Part shown: positions 38,811 to 48,788 of the stretch, one piece after another
How the letters are laid out: each line of letters begins with the position of its first letter
How positions within the stretch are numbered: the stretch's first letter is position 1
Origin: a virus
Taxonomy: Duplodnaviria; Caudoviricetes
Virus record (IMG/VR): IMGVR_UViG_3300012919_001792
Location: 1 to 54,678 of that record
Length of the DNA: 54,678 nucleotides
Reading direction: 5' to 3' (one strand)
Notes under the pieces: model-generated
Databases searched by the model: none
The model's input: the letters and a program-made list of their open reading frames with translations, nothing else
Told to the model about the DNA's origin: nothing
Translations under genes and position numbers: made by a program

Positions 38811-40027
38811 AGATTATTATTTAACTCCGGAAATGTTTGAGCAAAATTTTCTTTGCGATATAGATCTGCTCGTAAAGATTCTTCTTTGAAATCTTCCCAA
38901 TGCTCAGCGTGTAAATCTTCGCTGTTCATAAAGTTTATCATTTTTTCAAAGTGATCTATGCTTGTTCTACAACTTTTATCAGTAGCGTATTTCCAATCAC
39001 CTATATCAATTGGATTACTTGATAAAAGTTTTTTGCTGATCCATTTTTTAGTATGCTTGGGTAAAACTTTCATATTATAGTAAAAAGGTTCATGACAATA
39101 ACCAAAATCCAAAAGTTCTATATATTGTTTTAAATTGTCATTCCAATACTGAGCAAGCTCTGGAAGATAAGCAATGTTCATCAAACTCACTGTACACCAT
39201 ATTTTGTTTTTAACAATGTTGCGGTCAATGATATTGTTCCACAGCTTTACATTTTCTATTACTTTGTCAAAGTTTGAAGGATGTCTTTGATAGTTGAAAC
39301 GTTCACCTAAATCATCAATGCTCCAATGAAACAACACCATTTTAAAATGATTTAGTTTTTCTGCTACTTCTGGTTTAAAATATGTTCCATTTGTGTTGAA
39401 GATCAATTCAATGTGTTCAGCATGCCCGCTGTCTACACACATGTCTAGCAGTTCAAAAAAAGGCGGTATCATAAATGTTTCGCCGCCATAAACACAGATC
39501 TGTTCAACCTGTGGTAACCAATCATCTAGGGTTTCTTTGTTTGCAGTTATTACACTGTCGTTGCGTTTGTGTTGTACAAATTTTTTATCAAAATATGCCC
39601 ACTGCTTGGAAGTTTCTCTGTGAGCTTCAGTGGTCCACTGACTGCTGATAAATGGATTGCATATACGACATTTGATATTGCAGTGACTTCCAAGTTTTAG
39701 ATCTAAAAGTTTTGGTACAGGATTTGTGGTATCAATATCTTCCAATGGTTTGCTCATATTCAAACGCAAACTTTCAATGCCCGCCGCTTCTTCTTTCCAA
39801 CAGTTTGCACACTCTTCAGGACGTTCATTGTTTAAAAATTTTTGTCTAAGTTCTTTTAGACTATCACTTTCCCATGCTTCTTTGAATCCTGCTTCAGGAA
39901 ACTTTAGTACATCCTCGTTTTTGTTGTGGTATTGTTTGCCCACCTGCCGACAACAGGCTCTATAAGTGCCGTCAGTTTGTATTTCTATTTGGGTCCATGG
40001 TAAACTACAAAAGTTATTGGTACGCAT
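38807..40027 (-). CDS. Radical SAM protein with N-terminal SPASM/twitch domain
   Basis: FCSLPW...DGTYRACC...ECANCW; CNIKCRIC; GGET; NTNGT; start likely ATG 40027. Confidence 0.9.
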   Translation of the reverse strand: MRTNNFCSLPWTQIEIQTDGTYRACCRQVGKQYHNKNEDVLKFPEAGFKEAWESDSLKELRQKFLNNERPEECANCWKEEAAGIESLRLNMSKPLEDIDTTNPVPKLLDLKLGSHCNIKCRICNPFISSQWTTEAHRETSKQWAYFDKKFVQHKRNDSVITANKETLDDWLPQVEQICVYGGETFMIPPFFELLDMCVDSGHAEHIELIFNTNGTYFKPEVAEKLNHFKMVLFHWSIDDLGERFNYQRHPSNFDKVIENVKLWNNIIDRNIVKNKIWCTVSLMNIAYLPELAQYWNDNLKQYIELLDFGYCHEPFYYNMKVLPKHTKKWISKKLLSSNPIDIGDWKYATDKSCRTSIDHFEKMINFMNSEDLHAEHWEDFKEESLRADLYRKENFAQTFPELNNNL

Positions 40028-41174
40028 CTTTACACCGTTGTGTTCTACTACCCATATGAGCCATTTCATCTGCTGTATAGTCTGTCAACAAAGTATTGCC
40101 TTGTCTGTCTTTTTTAATACCTTGTTTTGCTTGTTCTATCAATTCATTTGTACGCAGAGGCATAAAAGTATGAGTACAATAATTTAAAAATTCTGGAGAT
40201 TTCTGTACAATTTCATACTCCAAATCAATTGCTTCCTGCATACGTCCAGGCATAACCATAAAATAAACTTCCATGTGTCCTCTGTGCTTGCCTTCAAGAT
40301 CGCGATCAATTTTTTCTTGACAAATGCCATCAATGATGTTAGATATTTTTTCTTCATATCTATCAATATATTCAAAATGTATGCTGATGTTAAGGTCACT
40401 ATAGTGTATCAATTCTCTGTAATATTTGGGTAATCTACTGCCGTTACTGTGAGTGCTTAATTTGTGTCCATCATCGTAAACCATTTTAGCAAATTCAACA
40501 TAATTTTTGTGTACTGTAGGTTCTCCTCCACTGACAACAAAATTTGCTTTAGCACCCAACAAAAATTTATTTTTGATCAATTGATATGCATCATACAGCT
40601 GATCCCAACTCTTTTTCTTTTCTGTGTTGTTGTGTACATCAGCAGGACAGTAGCTACAATTAAAATTACAACGCCTGCCCATTTCCCAAAAAACCTGTTT
40701 GTATCCACCAAGATGTGTTCGTTCAACTGCGGCACTGGTATTGTTTCCGATTGAATTAGGACCAAGATTGAATTTGTGATCTGCTGGCTTTTGCGAAAGT
40801 TTTAGTAAACTGTCTTTACTGGTTCTCTTAGCGTCATATTTTGGTATAAACATATCTGCACCACAACTACAAGTAGCCACAGGACAATCAATCCAATCTT
40901 GTGGTATACGTAGATAACCATCATATACATTGCCTAGTGTGCCTGTAAATATTTGAAAACCGTTGTTGTTGATTCTAGTTCCTGCTCCACAGCTTGCCAA
41001 CTGTACAAAGCCATCAAAGTCTATGTTTATATTCTCAATACCAGCCGCACATTTCCATCCTAAAAAATTATTAATACGTTTTGCTACAACTTCTTCCGTG
41101 CTGAGGTCACTGAAGTAACCTTCACTATCATAAACACGAACAGGTCTACCAACTGTAAAATCACTGTCAATCAT
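40014..41174 (-). CDS. Radical SAM protein, Cys-rich auxiliary domain at the N-terminus
   Basis: WKCAAG...IDFDG...ASC...CPVATCSC; CNFNCSYC; SGGEPT; HSNGSR. Confidence 0.9.
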   Translation of the reverse strand: MIDSDFTVGRPVRVYDSEGYFSDLSTEEVVAKRINNFLGWKCAAGIENINIDFDGFVQLASCGAGTRINNNGFQIFTGTLGNVYDGYLRIPQDWIDCPVATCSCGADMFIPKYDAKRTSKDSLLKLSQKPADHKFNLGPNSIGNNTSAAVERTHLGGYKQVFWEMGRRCNFNCSYCPADVHNNTEKKKSWDQLYDAYQLIKNKFLLGAKANFVVSGGEPTVHKNYVEFAKMVYDDGHKLSTHSNGSRLPKYYRELIHYSDLNISIHFEYIDRYEEKISNIIDGICQEKIDRDLEGKHRGHMEVYFMVMPGRMQEAIDLEYEIVQKSPEFLNYCTHTFMPLRTNELIEQAKQGIKKDRQGNTLLTDYTADEMAHMGSRTQRCKDAYQ

Positions 41175-42663
41175 TCATCATCTCTTGAATTGCGGCCCAG
41201 TCTTCAGCACTGATTCCTTGCACCAAATTCCAAAACTCCCACATTTCTGGAAATACATCTCTACAATCTAGGTTTCTACGAATATCCATACTGTGTAAAA
41301 AATTTTTAAGAGTTTCTAGTTCAGCGTGTGTTCCTGATTGATTGCAGATTATTGTTTGTAGAAATGCAACATATTTTGGCCATGTGCCAAATTCATCATT
41401 GATATTTTCAGGAGTTCTACTGGAAAAAATTTCACAGGCGTCATCTAAATATTTTTTATAACTTGCAGGCAACATGTTTGTTTTATAATGAGCTGGATTT
41501 GTAACCACATTTGGTTTTAAAAATAATGGTTTTTGATAGTTGTCATACAGTTCAACACACCAATTGGCAAAATCAGGCATGCTGGTTACACACAAATTAT
41601 TGATACTGGTTTGAAATCCAATTTGGAGATCAGGCAAATCAAGTTCTAAGTACTTTCTTACATTACTCTCAAACCTATCCCAAACAAGATTCATGCGTAT
41701 ATACTCAGCACGTTCTTTGTAGGACTCTATGCTAATACTTATTTCTACTGTGAATAGCTTGCACAATCTTGGCAGTCGATCTATAAATTTTTTGAAGTGT
41801 GCTTCTCTAGTATTGCCATTTGTTACAAACCAAAGTAAGGGCTTGTTTGGTTGTTTCCAACACTTGTTTTCTTTGTCCCAATAACCACTGTGTGGCCTTT
41901 TTTCCATTGGTATGCTTTCTAGTAGACTACACATTCGATCGATAAAATCAGGAAGTCTTGGATTGTTGATTGGCTCACCACCAAGTATGCCAATTCTTAG
42001 CTCGTTTTGTCCTTCAAAAATTGTAGAGAACCACTGCCAAAATGCTTCATTGAATTCTGTTTCATTTCTATCTTTTACCTGTGCTTGTATTTTGTCTTTT
42101 ACTTCTTGTGGCCAGTCTTTGTTGGCTGGATTAGAAAAAAATTCATTTTTCCAATTTGGGTTAACTGACTCTGCCCAAACATCAGTGTTTTGCACAGCCC
42201 AAGTACTACTAAAAAAAGGACTACAATACAAACAGCTCATATCACAGTGATTGCTTAAATTAACTTCTATCATGTAGGGCGTGTTGCTTTTTAGTATTGG
42301 ATGGTCTACTGTAAGCTCATCTACATGTGTTGTTTCTCTACTGCTGATATTAGTAATTACATTGTTTTCAAATTCCCAGCCAGCTGGCACTCCATACTTT
42401 CTAGGACTTTGTACATTTCTTTTTTCTAGTACCCAACATGTTTCACAGCTTTTATGCCTTATTCCTTTGAACATTTCAAGTCTGCGTTGTTTTTGGTATT
42501 CACTGTTAAGGAAAAAATCACTGCCCAATGCTTTCAATTGATCCATTCCACCATAGGTTATTTTGTCTTGATGATCCAAAGTTGTCCTACAACAAGTTTT
42601 TGCTTGATTTTTTCCAAAATCAATTACACTGTATCCCCATCTGTGTGTGCATAAACTACTCAT
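41167..42663 (-). CDS. Radical SAM protein with N-terminal twitch-like domain
   Basis: LCTHRW...KTCC...CETCW; CDMSCLYC; LGGEP; VTNGN; start likely ATG 42663. Confidence 0.88.
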   Translation of the reverse strand: MSSLCTHRWGYSVIDFGKNQAKTCCRTTLDHQDKITYGGMDQLKALGSDFFLNSEYQKQRRLEMFKGIRHKSCETCWVLEKRNVQSPRKYGVPAGWEFENNVITNISSRETTHVDELTVDHPILKSNTPYMIEVNLSNHCDMSCLYCSPFFSSTWAVQNTDVWAESVNPNWKNEFFSNPANKDWPQEVKDKIQAQVKDRNETEFNEAFWQWFSTIFEGQNELRIGILGGEPINNPRLPDFIDRMCSLLESIPMEKRPHSGYWDKENKCWKQPNKPLLWFVTNGNTREAHFKKFIDRLPRLCKLFTVEISISIESYKERAEYIRMNLVWDRFESNVRKYLELDLPDLQIGFQTSINNLCVTSMPDFANWCVELYDNYQKPLFLKPNVVTNPAHYKTNMLPASYKKYLDDACEIFSSRTPENINDEFGTWPKYVAFLQTIICNQSGTHAELETLKNFLHSMDIRRNLDCRDVFPEMWEFWNLVQGISAEDWAAIQEMMND

Positions 42664-44050
42664 AATATTGTACAGCCTCGTAAAGATCTGGAATACTTTT
42701 TTGCAAACTTTGGTTGCGTATAATGTCAAGTTTTTCAGTGTGTTTCAAAAACTCTTCTTTGTGTGTTACAGTATTGTCCCAACCCAACAGTTGGTTTTCA
42801 ATATCATCAGCAAGCAAAAAATCAATCACAGATTGGTATTTTTTAATCAAATGTTCGCTTAGTGCAATACTACAGTTTTTTGTAGTCCATTCAAACATTT
42901 CATGATATTTGTCCACCACCAGCTGTTTTCTAGCTTTTGGATAATTCTGCATGGTTAGAAATTTAGGGCCATGACAGATGTGTAATGCCATTGTTGCATC
43001 AAATGTTTCAAAGTTGTTGTTGGTGTACCATTTTACCATGTCTGGCATCTGCATCACATTGAATATTGTAATTGTAGGTGCAATAGTGGCACTAATATTA
43101 GGATATTTTTTTGTAAGTTCATAAAACCTTTTTATGTTTCTTTCTATTATGTGCCATTTACTAGGAAAACGTATGTAATCCTGTACATCATGTAAACCGT
43201 CAATGCTCATGGTCATTCTTACACGTTTAAACTTGCTCCAAATTTCCCAAGCATTGGTGGGAATAATAAACATATTACTATTGTATTCTAGATTTATATT
43301 TTTTGCAAAATCGTTGTCAATTGCATATTGTAGAATTTCCCAATATTCTTTTATCACAGTGGGTTCACCACCTGTCATATAGATTCTATCAATGTCCTTC
43401 ATGTTTGCTTTAAGATCATCTACAAATGGTTGTTTGTTCCAATCACCAATTTCACTGCTATATCTTTCACCATCTTTTTTGATTTCATAATTTTCATCAT
43501 AGAAGCCAATGGTTTTATGACCCATTTTAACCCAGTCGTCAAGCCATAAGCTACTATCGCCAGGTCCACACATTCTACATTTTTGATTACATTTGTTGCC
43601 AAGTCGTATATCATAATATTTTACTGGAATCTCAGCAATGTTTATAGTACCATCAGCCTGTGTGTTTTGTTTCATTTTTTCTAGATCATCAAAATATTCT
43701 CTATTCATATATGTTCTTAAACTGTCAACACCCAGCTTTTCTGTTTCCCAACATTGTCTACACTCAGGATGTTGTTCACCACGTAGCATGCTGGCTCTAA
43801 TTTCTTTGAGTAATGGAGCATTTCTCGTGTCTGCAATGCTACTGTTTTGTGCTGTATAGTATTCACCTGATTCTTTGCGTAATTTTCCAAATTGGAGATC
43901 AGGGTGTGTACTCTTACCAAATACGCATTCACAACAGACTCTGAACATTCCATTGCTGGTAATTGCACTTTGCATAAATGGTTTTACACAAATAGTGCCG
44001 TCTCTGTGTTTTGCTGACATGGGTTCAGGCTTCATCTTGTATGACCTCAT
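42656..44050 (-). CDS. Radical SAM protein with N-terminal SPASM/twitch domain
   Basis: ICVKPF...GMFRVCC...ECRQCW; CNQKCRMC; TGGEPT; SIDG..YIRFP. Confidence 0.9.
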   Translation of the reverse strand: MRSYKMKPEPMSAKHRDGTICVKPFMQSAITSNGMFRVCCECVFGKSTHPDLQFGKLRKESGEYYTAQNSSIADTRNAPLLKEIRASMLRGEQHPECRQCWETEKLGVDSLRTYMNREYFDDLEKMKQNTQADGTINIAEIPVKYYDIRLGNKCNQKCRMCGPGDSSLWLDDWVKMGHKTIGFYDENYEIKKDGERYSSEIGDWNKQPFVDDLKANMKDIDRIYMTGGEPTVIKEYWEILQYAIDNDFAKNINLEYNSNMFIIPTNAWEIWSKFKRVRMTMSIDGLHDVQDYIRFPSKWHIIERNIKRFYELTKKYPNISATIAPTITIFNVMQMPDMVKWYTNNNFETFDATMALHICHGPKFLTMQNYPKARKQLVVDKYHEMFEWTTKNCSIALSEHLIKKYQSVIDFLLADDIENQLLGWDNTVTHKEEFLKHTEKLDIIRNQSLQKSIPDLYEAVQYYE

Positions 44051-45032
44051 ATCTGTTTTTTGGTAGTAGCTTTTTGCTCATGATATCAAAATTACAATGA
44101 CACATGCTTTTGGTACACATTGTAGGTTTTACTGGCCAACGTATTTTTTCAGGCTGTTTCATATTGCCCAACGGACCACCAACTCTACACCATCCAATCA
44201 TAACACTACCATCAAAGTCTACAACTATCTGCTCTAGTCCACTCCAGCACAACCAACCTTCCCAATTATTGGTTTTATCATTTATAAATCTGTGAGCACT
44301 TGAATTTTGTTTTAAATTATTAACATCATCCCACATATCCATACTACCACGATATATCTTCCATTCTTTGGTGTGCTTAATTTTTTTTCCAAATTTACTC
44401 CATTGATGATCAATCAATTCAGTTTGTTCAGGCGTGTATTGATATAATGTTTCACCAAAATCAATAATCAATGGTTGTAGTGCTAAACTTATATTTGGTA
44501 TTTTGATTAATTGTTTTGCAACCTTGACACAGGTTGGCCATATTTTTGGATCATAGTGCATCATTACATTAGCATGAGTTCTGCACTGCTCACTCATTAT
44601 TTTAACAACTTCTATATAGTGATCAGCTTTGCCTTCTTCTGGATGAAAACTCAAACACACATGATCAAATTTATCTTTGTTTTTCTCCCACCAACGTATT
44701 GTTCTACTACCGTTGCTGATGAATCCAATATCATGTCCGCGTTCTTTGATGTATTCGGCCGCCCGTATAAAATCACGCCACAGCGTAACTTCGCCTCCGG
44801 TGAATTCAAAATATACTTTGCGTGGTGCGTATCTATCTATCACTGCGTCAATAAATTTTCGCACTACTTCAAAATCATTCCAACCATAACTGCCATCATT
44901 TAGAACACTAGGGCAATAACTACACGTGAAATTACACATGTTGCCAAGATTCCAATTTACCACAATCCAATCTTTGCAGGCTGGATGATGATGTTCAAGT
45001 CTATTGTAAAAATTTTGGGGACCTAATGGCAT
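44025..45032 (-). CDS. Radical SAM protein, Cys-rich auxiliary domain at the C-terminus
   Basis: CNFTCSYC; TGGEVT; ISNGSR; WLCWSG...VDFDG...GWC...CTKSMCHC. Confidence 0.9.
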   Translation of the reverse strand: MPLGPQNFYNRLEHHHPACKDWIVVNWNLGNMCNFTCSYCPSVLNDGSYGWNDFEVVRKFIDAVIDRYAPRKVYFEFTGGEVTLWRDFIRAAEYIKERGHDIGFISNGSRTIRWWEKNKDKFDHVCLSFHPEEGKADHYIEVVKIMSEQCRTHANVMMHYDPKIWPTCVKVAKQLIKIPNISLALQPLIIDFGETLYQYTPEQTELIDHQWSKFGKKIKHTKEWKIYRGSMDMWDDVNNLKQNSSAHRFINDKTNNWEGWLCWSGLEQIVVDFDGSVMIGWCRVGGPLGNMKQPEKIRWPVKPTMCTKSMCHCNFDIMSKKLLPKNRYEVIQDEA

Positions 45033-45051
45033 ATAATACTGTCTCTAATTA

Positions 45052-45732
45052 TTATTCTACTCGCAGTAGACCATTGCGTTTGTCAAATAGTTTTTCTGCT
45101 ATAAAACCAGCAGTGTCATATTTGTGCAGTCTAATTTTTTTCCAGTTTTGATGATGAGTTCTATGATATCCTTCGCCAGCAATGAAAAAGTTTAGCCAAG
45201 GTACATCAGCTCCGCCTTCAGTTCTGTGTCCTACTGTGTTCAGCAAACCAAATCCTATCTTGGCAAACACAAAAGGAACTGCACAGAATCCTAACCAGAA
45301 GTATGGACTAATTAACACTGCTATTATATTACATATTATCAACAAATGCAACCAGTATTTATGGCAAAAAACTATGTCTTTGTTTCGAAACAAATCACGC
45401 ACATATCTAGTTGGAAATTCACGCACTTTTAAATTGCTGAAAAGCACACGCCAATATCCAACATATTTTGGTGCATGTGGATCTTCTTCGTGATCTGCAT
45501 GTTCGTGATGCATTCTGTGAATTGCTACCCATCCTATAGGCGAATCCACACAGCAGATCATCAACATACCCAATCCAATACGTTCGTACCATTTGGGCAC
45601 TTTGAACTGTTGATGTGTGTAGTGTCTGTGTAGTAGTATACTCACAGCCCAATGGCTAATTATTTGACTCCATACAAGTCCAAATAACAAACTCCATAAA
45701 AATAATTCAAGGCTCCAATAAAAACCAATCAT
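45052..45732 (-). CDS. Membrane fatty-acid (acyl-lipid delta-9-type) desaturase
   Basis: His boxes HRHYTH, HRMHH and GEGYHRTHH; DPHAP; hydrophobic segments. Confidence 0.88.
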   Translation of the reverse strand: MIGFYWSLELFLWSLLFGLVWSQIISHWAVSILLHRHYTHQQFKVPKWYERIGLGMLMICCVDSPIGWVAIHRMHHEHADHEEDPHAPKYVGYWRVLFSNLKVREFPTRYVRDLFRNKDIVFCHKYWLHLLIICNIIAVLISPYFWLGFCAVPFVFAKIGFGLLNTVGHRTEGGADVPWLNFFIAGEGYHRTHHQNWKKIRLHKYDTAGFIAEKLFDKRNGLLRVE

Positions 45733-45748
45733 TTATACTCCAATTTAA

Positions 45749-46450
45749 TTGTCATATATACTTATGATGGGTTATAGAGACATAATATTGAATGATGGCT
45801 ACACTATTATTCCTGAATTTTTAGATCGAGCAGACTTGAAAAAAGTTGTAGATCTTGAAAGGAATACTTCTCCATGGAAAGGTCTACACAAAGAATTTGG
45901 CTGGCAAAATGAAAAGATCTTTGACAAACAAGATTACGTGCATTATTGGAGTGTACAGGTAAAAAAACAAACACATTGGTTGCAAGAAAAACTGCATCCT
46001 ATTGTCAGTGACATCATGCAAACCAACTACAAATGGTTTTTGGTTGACTTTCATACAACAAATCCTGGCAGTGACTATATACTAGCACACATTGATACAC
46101 CATATCAATTTAGACCATGGAATCATATCACAGAATTAATTGCTGTACAATGTTTGATAGCAGTGGATGATTTTACGCACGAAAGTGGTGCCACACGTCT
46201 TATAGCTGGTTCACATCGCGAACAGACATTGGTTGAAGATATAGGCAGTAAAGAATTAGACGATAAACTTTTAGCTGAGGGCAGTGATTTTGTAGCACCA
46301 GCTGGAAGCGTTGTGATATATCATCCTCGAACCATACACAGTACAATGCCAAACATGTCCAACAAACCTAGGAGTGCATTGTTGTTGTGTGCAGTGCGTC
46401 CTGATCTCATTGATAGTTTGGTACACTATCAACCACAATACGAGGAATAA
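45749..46450 (+). CDS. Phytanoyl-CoA dioxygenase-family 2OG-Fe(II) oxygenase
   Basis: DGYTIIPEFL, AHIDTPY (HxD), DDFTHESGATRLIAGSH, GSVVIYHPRTIHS..PN.S..PRSAL; the true start may be ATG 45764 or 45767. Confidence 0.88.
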   Translation: MSYILMMGYRDIILNDGYTIIPEFLDRADLKKVVDLERNTSPWKGLHKEFGWQNEKIFDKQDYVHYWSVQVKKQTHWLQEKLHPIVSDIMQTNYKWFLVDFHTTNPGSDYILAHIDTPYQFRPWNHITELIAVQCLIAVDDFTHESGATRLIAGSHREQTLVEDIGSKELDDKLLAEGSDFVAPAGSVVIYHPRTIHSTMPNMSNKPRSALLLCAVRPDLIDSLVHYQPQYEE

Positions 46451-46454
46451 TCAA

Positions 46455-46982
46455 TTGAGATTAAAAACACTTAATAAATTAAAAATACTTTTCTTTGGTT
46501 TACCAGGAGCAGGAAAAACCACACTAGCAAAAGACTTTGCAGATCTAATAGGTGGTGTACATGTTAACGCTGACGAAGTAAGAAAAAAATACGAAGGACA
46601 CGATAGACAAAATTGGGACTTTTCCAATGCTGGCAGAATACGTCAAGCAGAGCGTATGCGACTTATATCAGATGGCATCATGCAGGCGGGTAAAATGCCG
46701 GTGGTGGATTTTGTTTGTCCAACAAATGAAACACGAGCAGTGTTTGAACCCAACAGTTTTCAAACCTTTACAGTATTCATGGACACCATTACAGAATCTG
46801 AATATGCAGATACAAATGCAGTGTTTGAAAAACCAGCACCAAACTATGTTGACTATCACGTACAAGCATGGTTCAAAGATACACACGAAGTACTCGTGCC
46901 TGTTGTAGAACGCTACATGCAAAAACAACAAAACACATTGATTGGGTATATAGGAAGAAGAGTAGATGAAGAGAGTGTATAG
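46455..46982 (+). CDS. Adenylylsulfate-kinase-like P-loop kinase
   Basis: GLPGAGKTT, NADEVR, WDFSNAGRIRQAERM, DFVCPT, DTNAVFEKP; TTG start at 46455 with GAGGA SD. Confidence 0.7.
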   Translation: MRLKTLNKLKILFFGLPGAGKTTLAKDFADLIGGVHVNADEVRKKYEGHDRQNWDFSNAGRIRQAERMRLISDGIMQAGKMPVVDFVCPTNETRAVFEPNSFQTFTVFMDTITESEYADTNAVFEKPAPNYVDYHVQAWFKDTHEVLVPVVERYMQKQQNTLIGYIGRRVDEESV

Positions 46983-47274
46983 AACAAACAGGCTGGGCCA
47001 AATCAAAAACTTTATAAAAGAGTCACACAGACTATCTCCAGTGGCGTTTTATTGTGAAATGGTTGAAACACTATTGCTGTTAACAGCTTCAGCAATTCTT
47101 ACATTCACAGTGCTGGATCCTGCTACAGAAATATTCATTCCGTTGTATCTAGCAGGATCAATACTTGGAGTTATCAGCACAGTGATACGCAAGGCATTTT
47201 TTGCCATAGTGCTTTGTGCTTGGTTTGTTGTGATGAACAGTATTGCACTTGTTACATTGGTGTTTGGTGCATGA
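46966..47274 (+). CDS. Small membrane protein (about 3 hydrophobic helices)
   Basis: Hydrophobic segments; stop is ATGA-coupled to the carbamoyltransferase start. Confidence 0.65.
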   Translation: MKRVYRTNRLGQIKNFIKESHRLSPVAFYCEMVETLLLLTASAILTFTVLDPATEIFIPLYLAGSILGVISTVIRKAFFAIVLCAWFVVMNSIALVTLVFGA

Positions 47275-48782
47275 TCACTTGGGGTTGGACTGGACTTTCG
47301 CATGACGCTAGTATGGCAGTGTTTCACAAAGATAATTTGGTGTTTGCGGCACACAGTGAACGCTACAGCAAAAGAAAAAATGATAAAATAATTCATCCTG
47401 GACTTATGCAAGACGCATTTGCTTATGGTCCACCTGATGAAATATTCTTTTATGAAACACCATGGCTCAAAAAAACACGACAATTATACGCAGGACAATA
47501 CGGTTTATTAAAAAAAGAATCGCCTGATTATTTTTTAAAAATTGTAAATGATACACTTAGAAAAAGTAGTATCAGCAACGGCAACTTACCACCTAGTCAG
47601 TATACAAGACATCATCACAGTCATGCCGCCGGAGGCTACTATACATCCACATACGATCATGCAACCATTGTTGTTTTGGACAGTATTGGTGAATGGGAAA
47701 CATTCACCATATGGGAAGGCATAGATAATCAACTGCACAAACGTTTTTCACAATCATATCCACACAGCGTAGGAATATGGTACAGTGCTATGACACAGCG
47801 TATAGGATTGAAACCACAGGAACATGAATACATATTGATGGGAATGGCCGCAATAGGAGATCCAAACAAATACTACAATGACATTAAAAAAGATTTTATT
47901 GCACGTATGCCTGATCAATCAAATCCGCGTGTAAAGTTTAAACGCAACTGTCATAGAGGTTGTTTGGATTGGAGACCTGATCTACGCACACCACAGGACT
48001 ATGCTGATATTGCCAGTGCCACACAGCGAATATACGAAGAAATATTCACAGGCATTCTAGAATACGCTCGTATTCATTATCCTTCACGCAACCTTGTGTT
48101 GATGGGTGGCTGTGTGTTAAATTGTGTTGCAAACAGTTTGGCCGCTGATTACTATGATGATATATGGATAATGCCCAACCCAGGTGATGCTGGTTCGGCC
48201 ATTGGCTGTGTTCTAGCACACAAAAAGAAAAGAATAAATTTTGATCATGCTTACTTGGGTACAGATATTCCAGGTCCTTATCCTATAGAAGAAGTACTGG
48301 AAGATCTACACGAACACAAGATTACAGCGGTTGCTTCGGGCCGAGCCGAGTTTGGACCACGAGCACTAGGACATAGAAGTATCTTGGCCGATCCCCGAGG
48401 CTCCGATGTAAAAGACAGAGTAAATCAATTGAAACAGCGTGAAGCATTTAGACCTTTTGCACCAATGATACTTGAAGAATATGCTGATCAATACTTTGAA
48501 ATGCCAGTGCCTACTTCCCCGTACATGCAGTATGTGGCAAAATGCAAGCATCCTGATAAATTTCCTGCTATAGTACACTACGACAACACCAGTAGAGTGC
48601 AGACTGTTGGCAAAGAAATGGGTCCTGTACGTAAACTACTAGAGCGTTGGCACAGTGAAACAGGCTGTCCAATGCTGTTGAACACCAGTCTTAACATCAA
48701 AGGTCAGCCATTGGTTAATTGCAACCATGATGCAAATAGATGGATTATTAAAAATGGAGTTGACATTTGCTTGCCCGTATAG
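47271..48782 (+). CDS. O-carbamoyltransferase (NodU/CmcH/TobZ family)
   Basis: SHDAS, HSERYS.RKND, HHHSHAAGGYY, EYILMGMAA.G, GGCVLNCVAN, PGDAGSAIG, EFGPRALGHRSILADP, KQREAFRPFAP, LLNTSLN; start moved to ATG 47271. Confidence 0.95.
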   Translation: MITWGWTGLSHDASMAVFHKDNLVFAAHSERYSKRKNDKIIHPGLMQDAFAYGPPDEIFFYETPWLKKTRQLYAGQYGLLKKESPDYFLKIVNDTLRKSSISNGNLPPSQYTRHHHSHAAGGYYTSTYDHATIVVLDSIGEWETFTIWEGIDNQLHKRFSQSYPHSVGIWYSAMTQRIGLKPQEHEYILMGMAAIGDPNKYYNDIKKDFIARMPDQSNPRVKFKRNCHRGCLDWRPDLRTPQDYADIASATQRIYEEIFTGILEYARIHYPSRNLVLMGGCVLNCVANSLAADYYDDIWIMPNPGDAGSAIGCVLAHKKKRINFDHAYLGTDIPGPYPIEEVLEDLHEHKITAVASGRAEFGPRALGHRSILADPRGSDVKDRVNQLKQREAFRPFAPMILEEYADQYFEMPVPTSPYMQYVAKCKHPDKFPAIVHYDNTSRVQTVGKEMGPVRKLLERWHSETGCPMLLNTSLNIKGQPLVNCNHDANRWIIKNGVDICLPV

Positions 48783-48788
48783 TACAAT
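48760..48788 (+). promoter_or_regulatory. Possible sigma70 promoter overlapping the carbamoyltransferase 3' end
   Basis: TTGACA (48760-48765), 17 nt, TACAAT (48783-48788); lies in coding sequence, so it may be chance. Confidence 0.45.
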
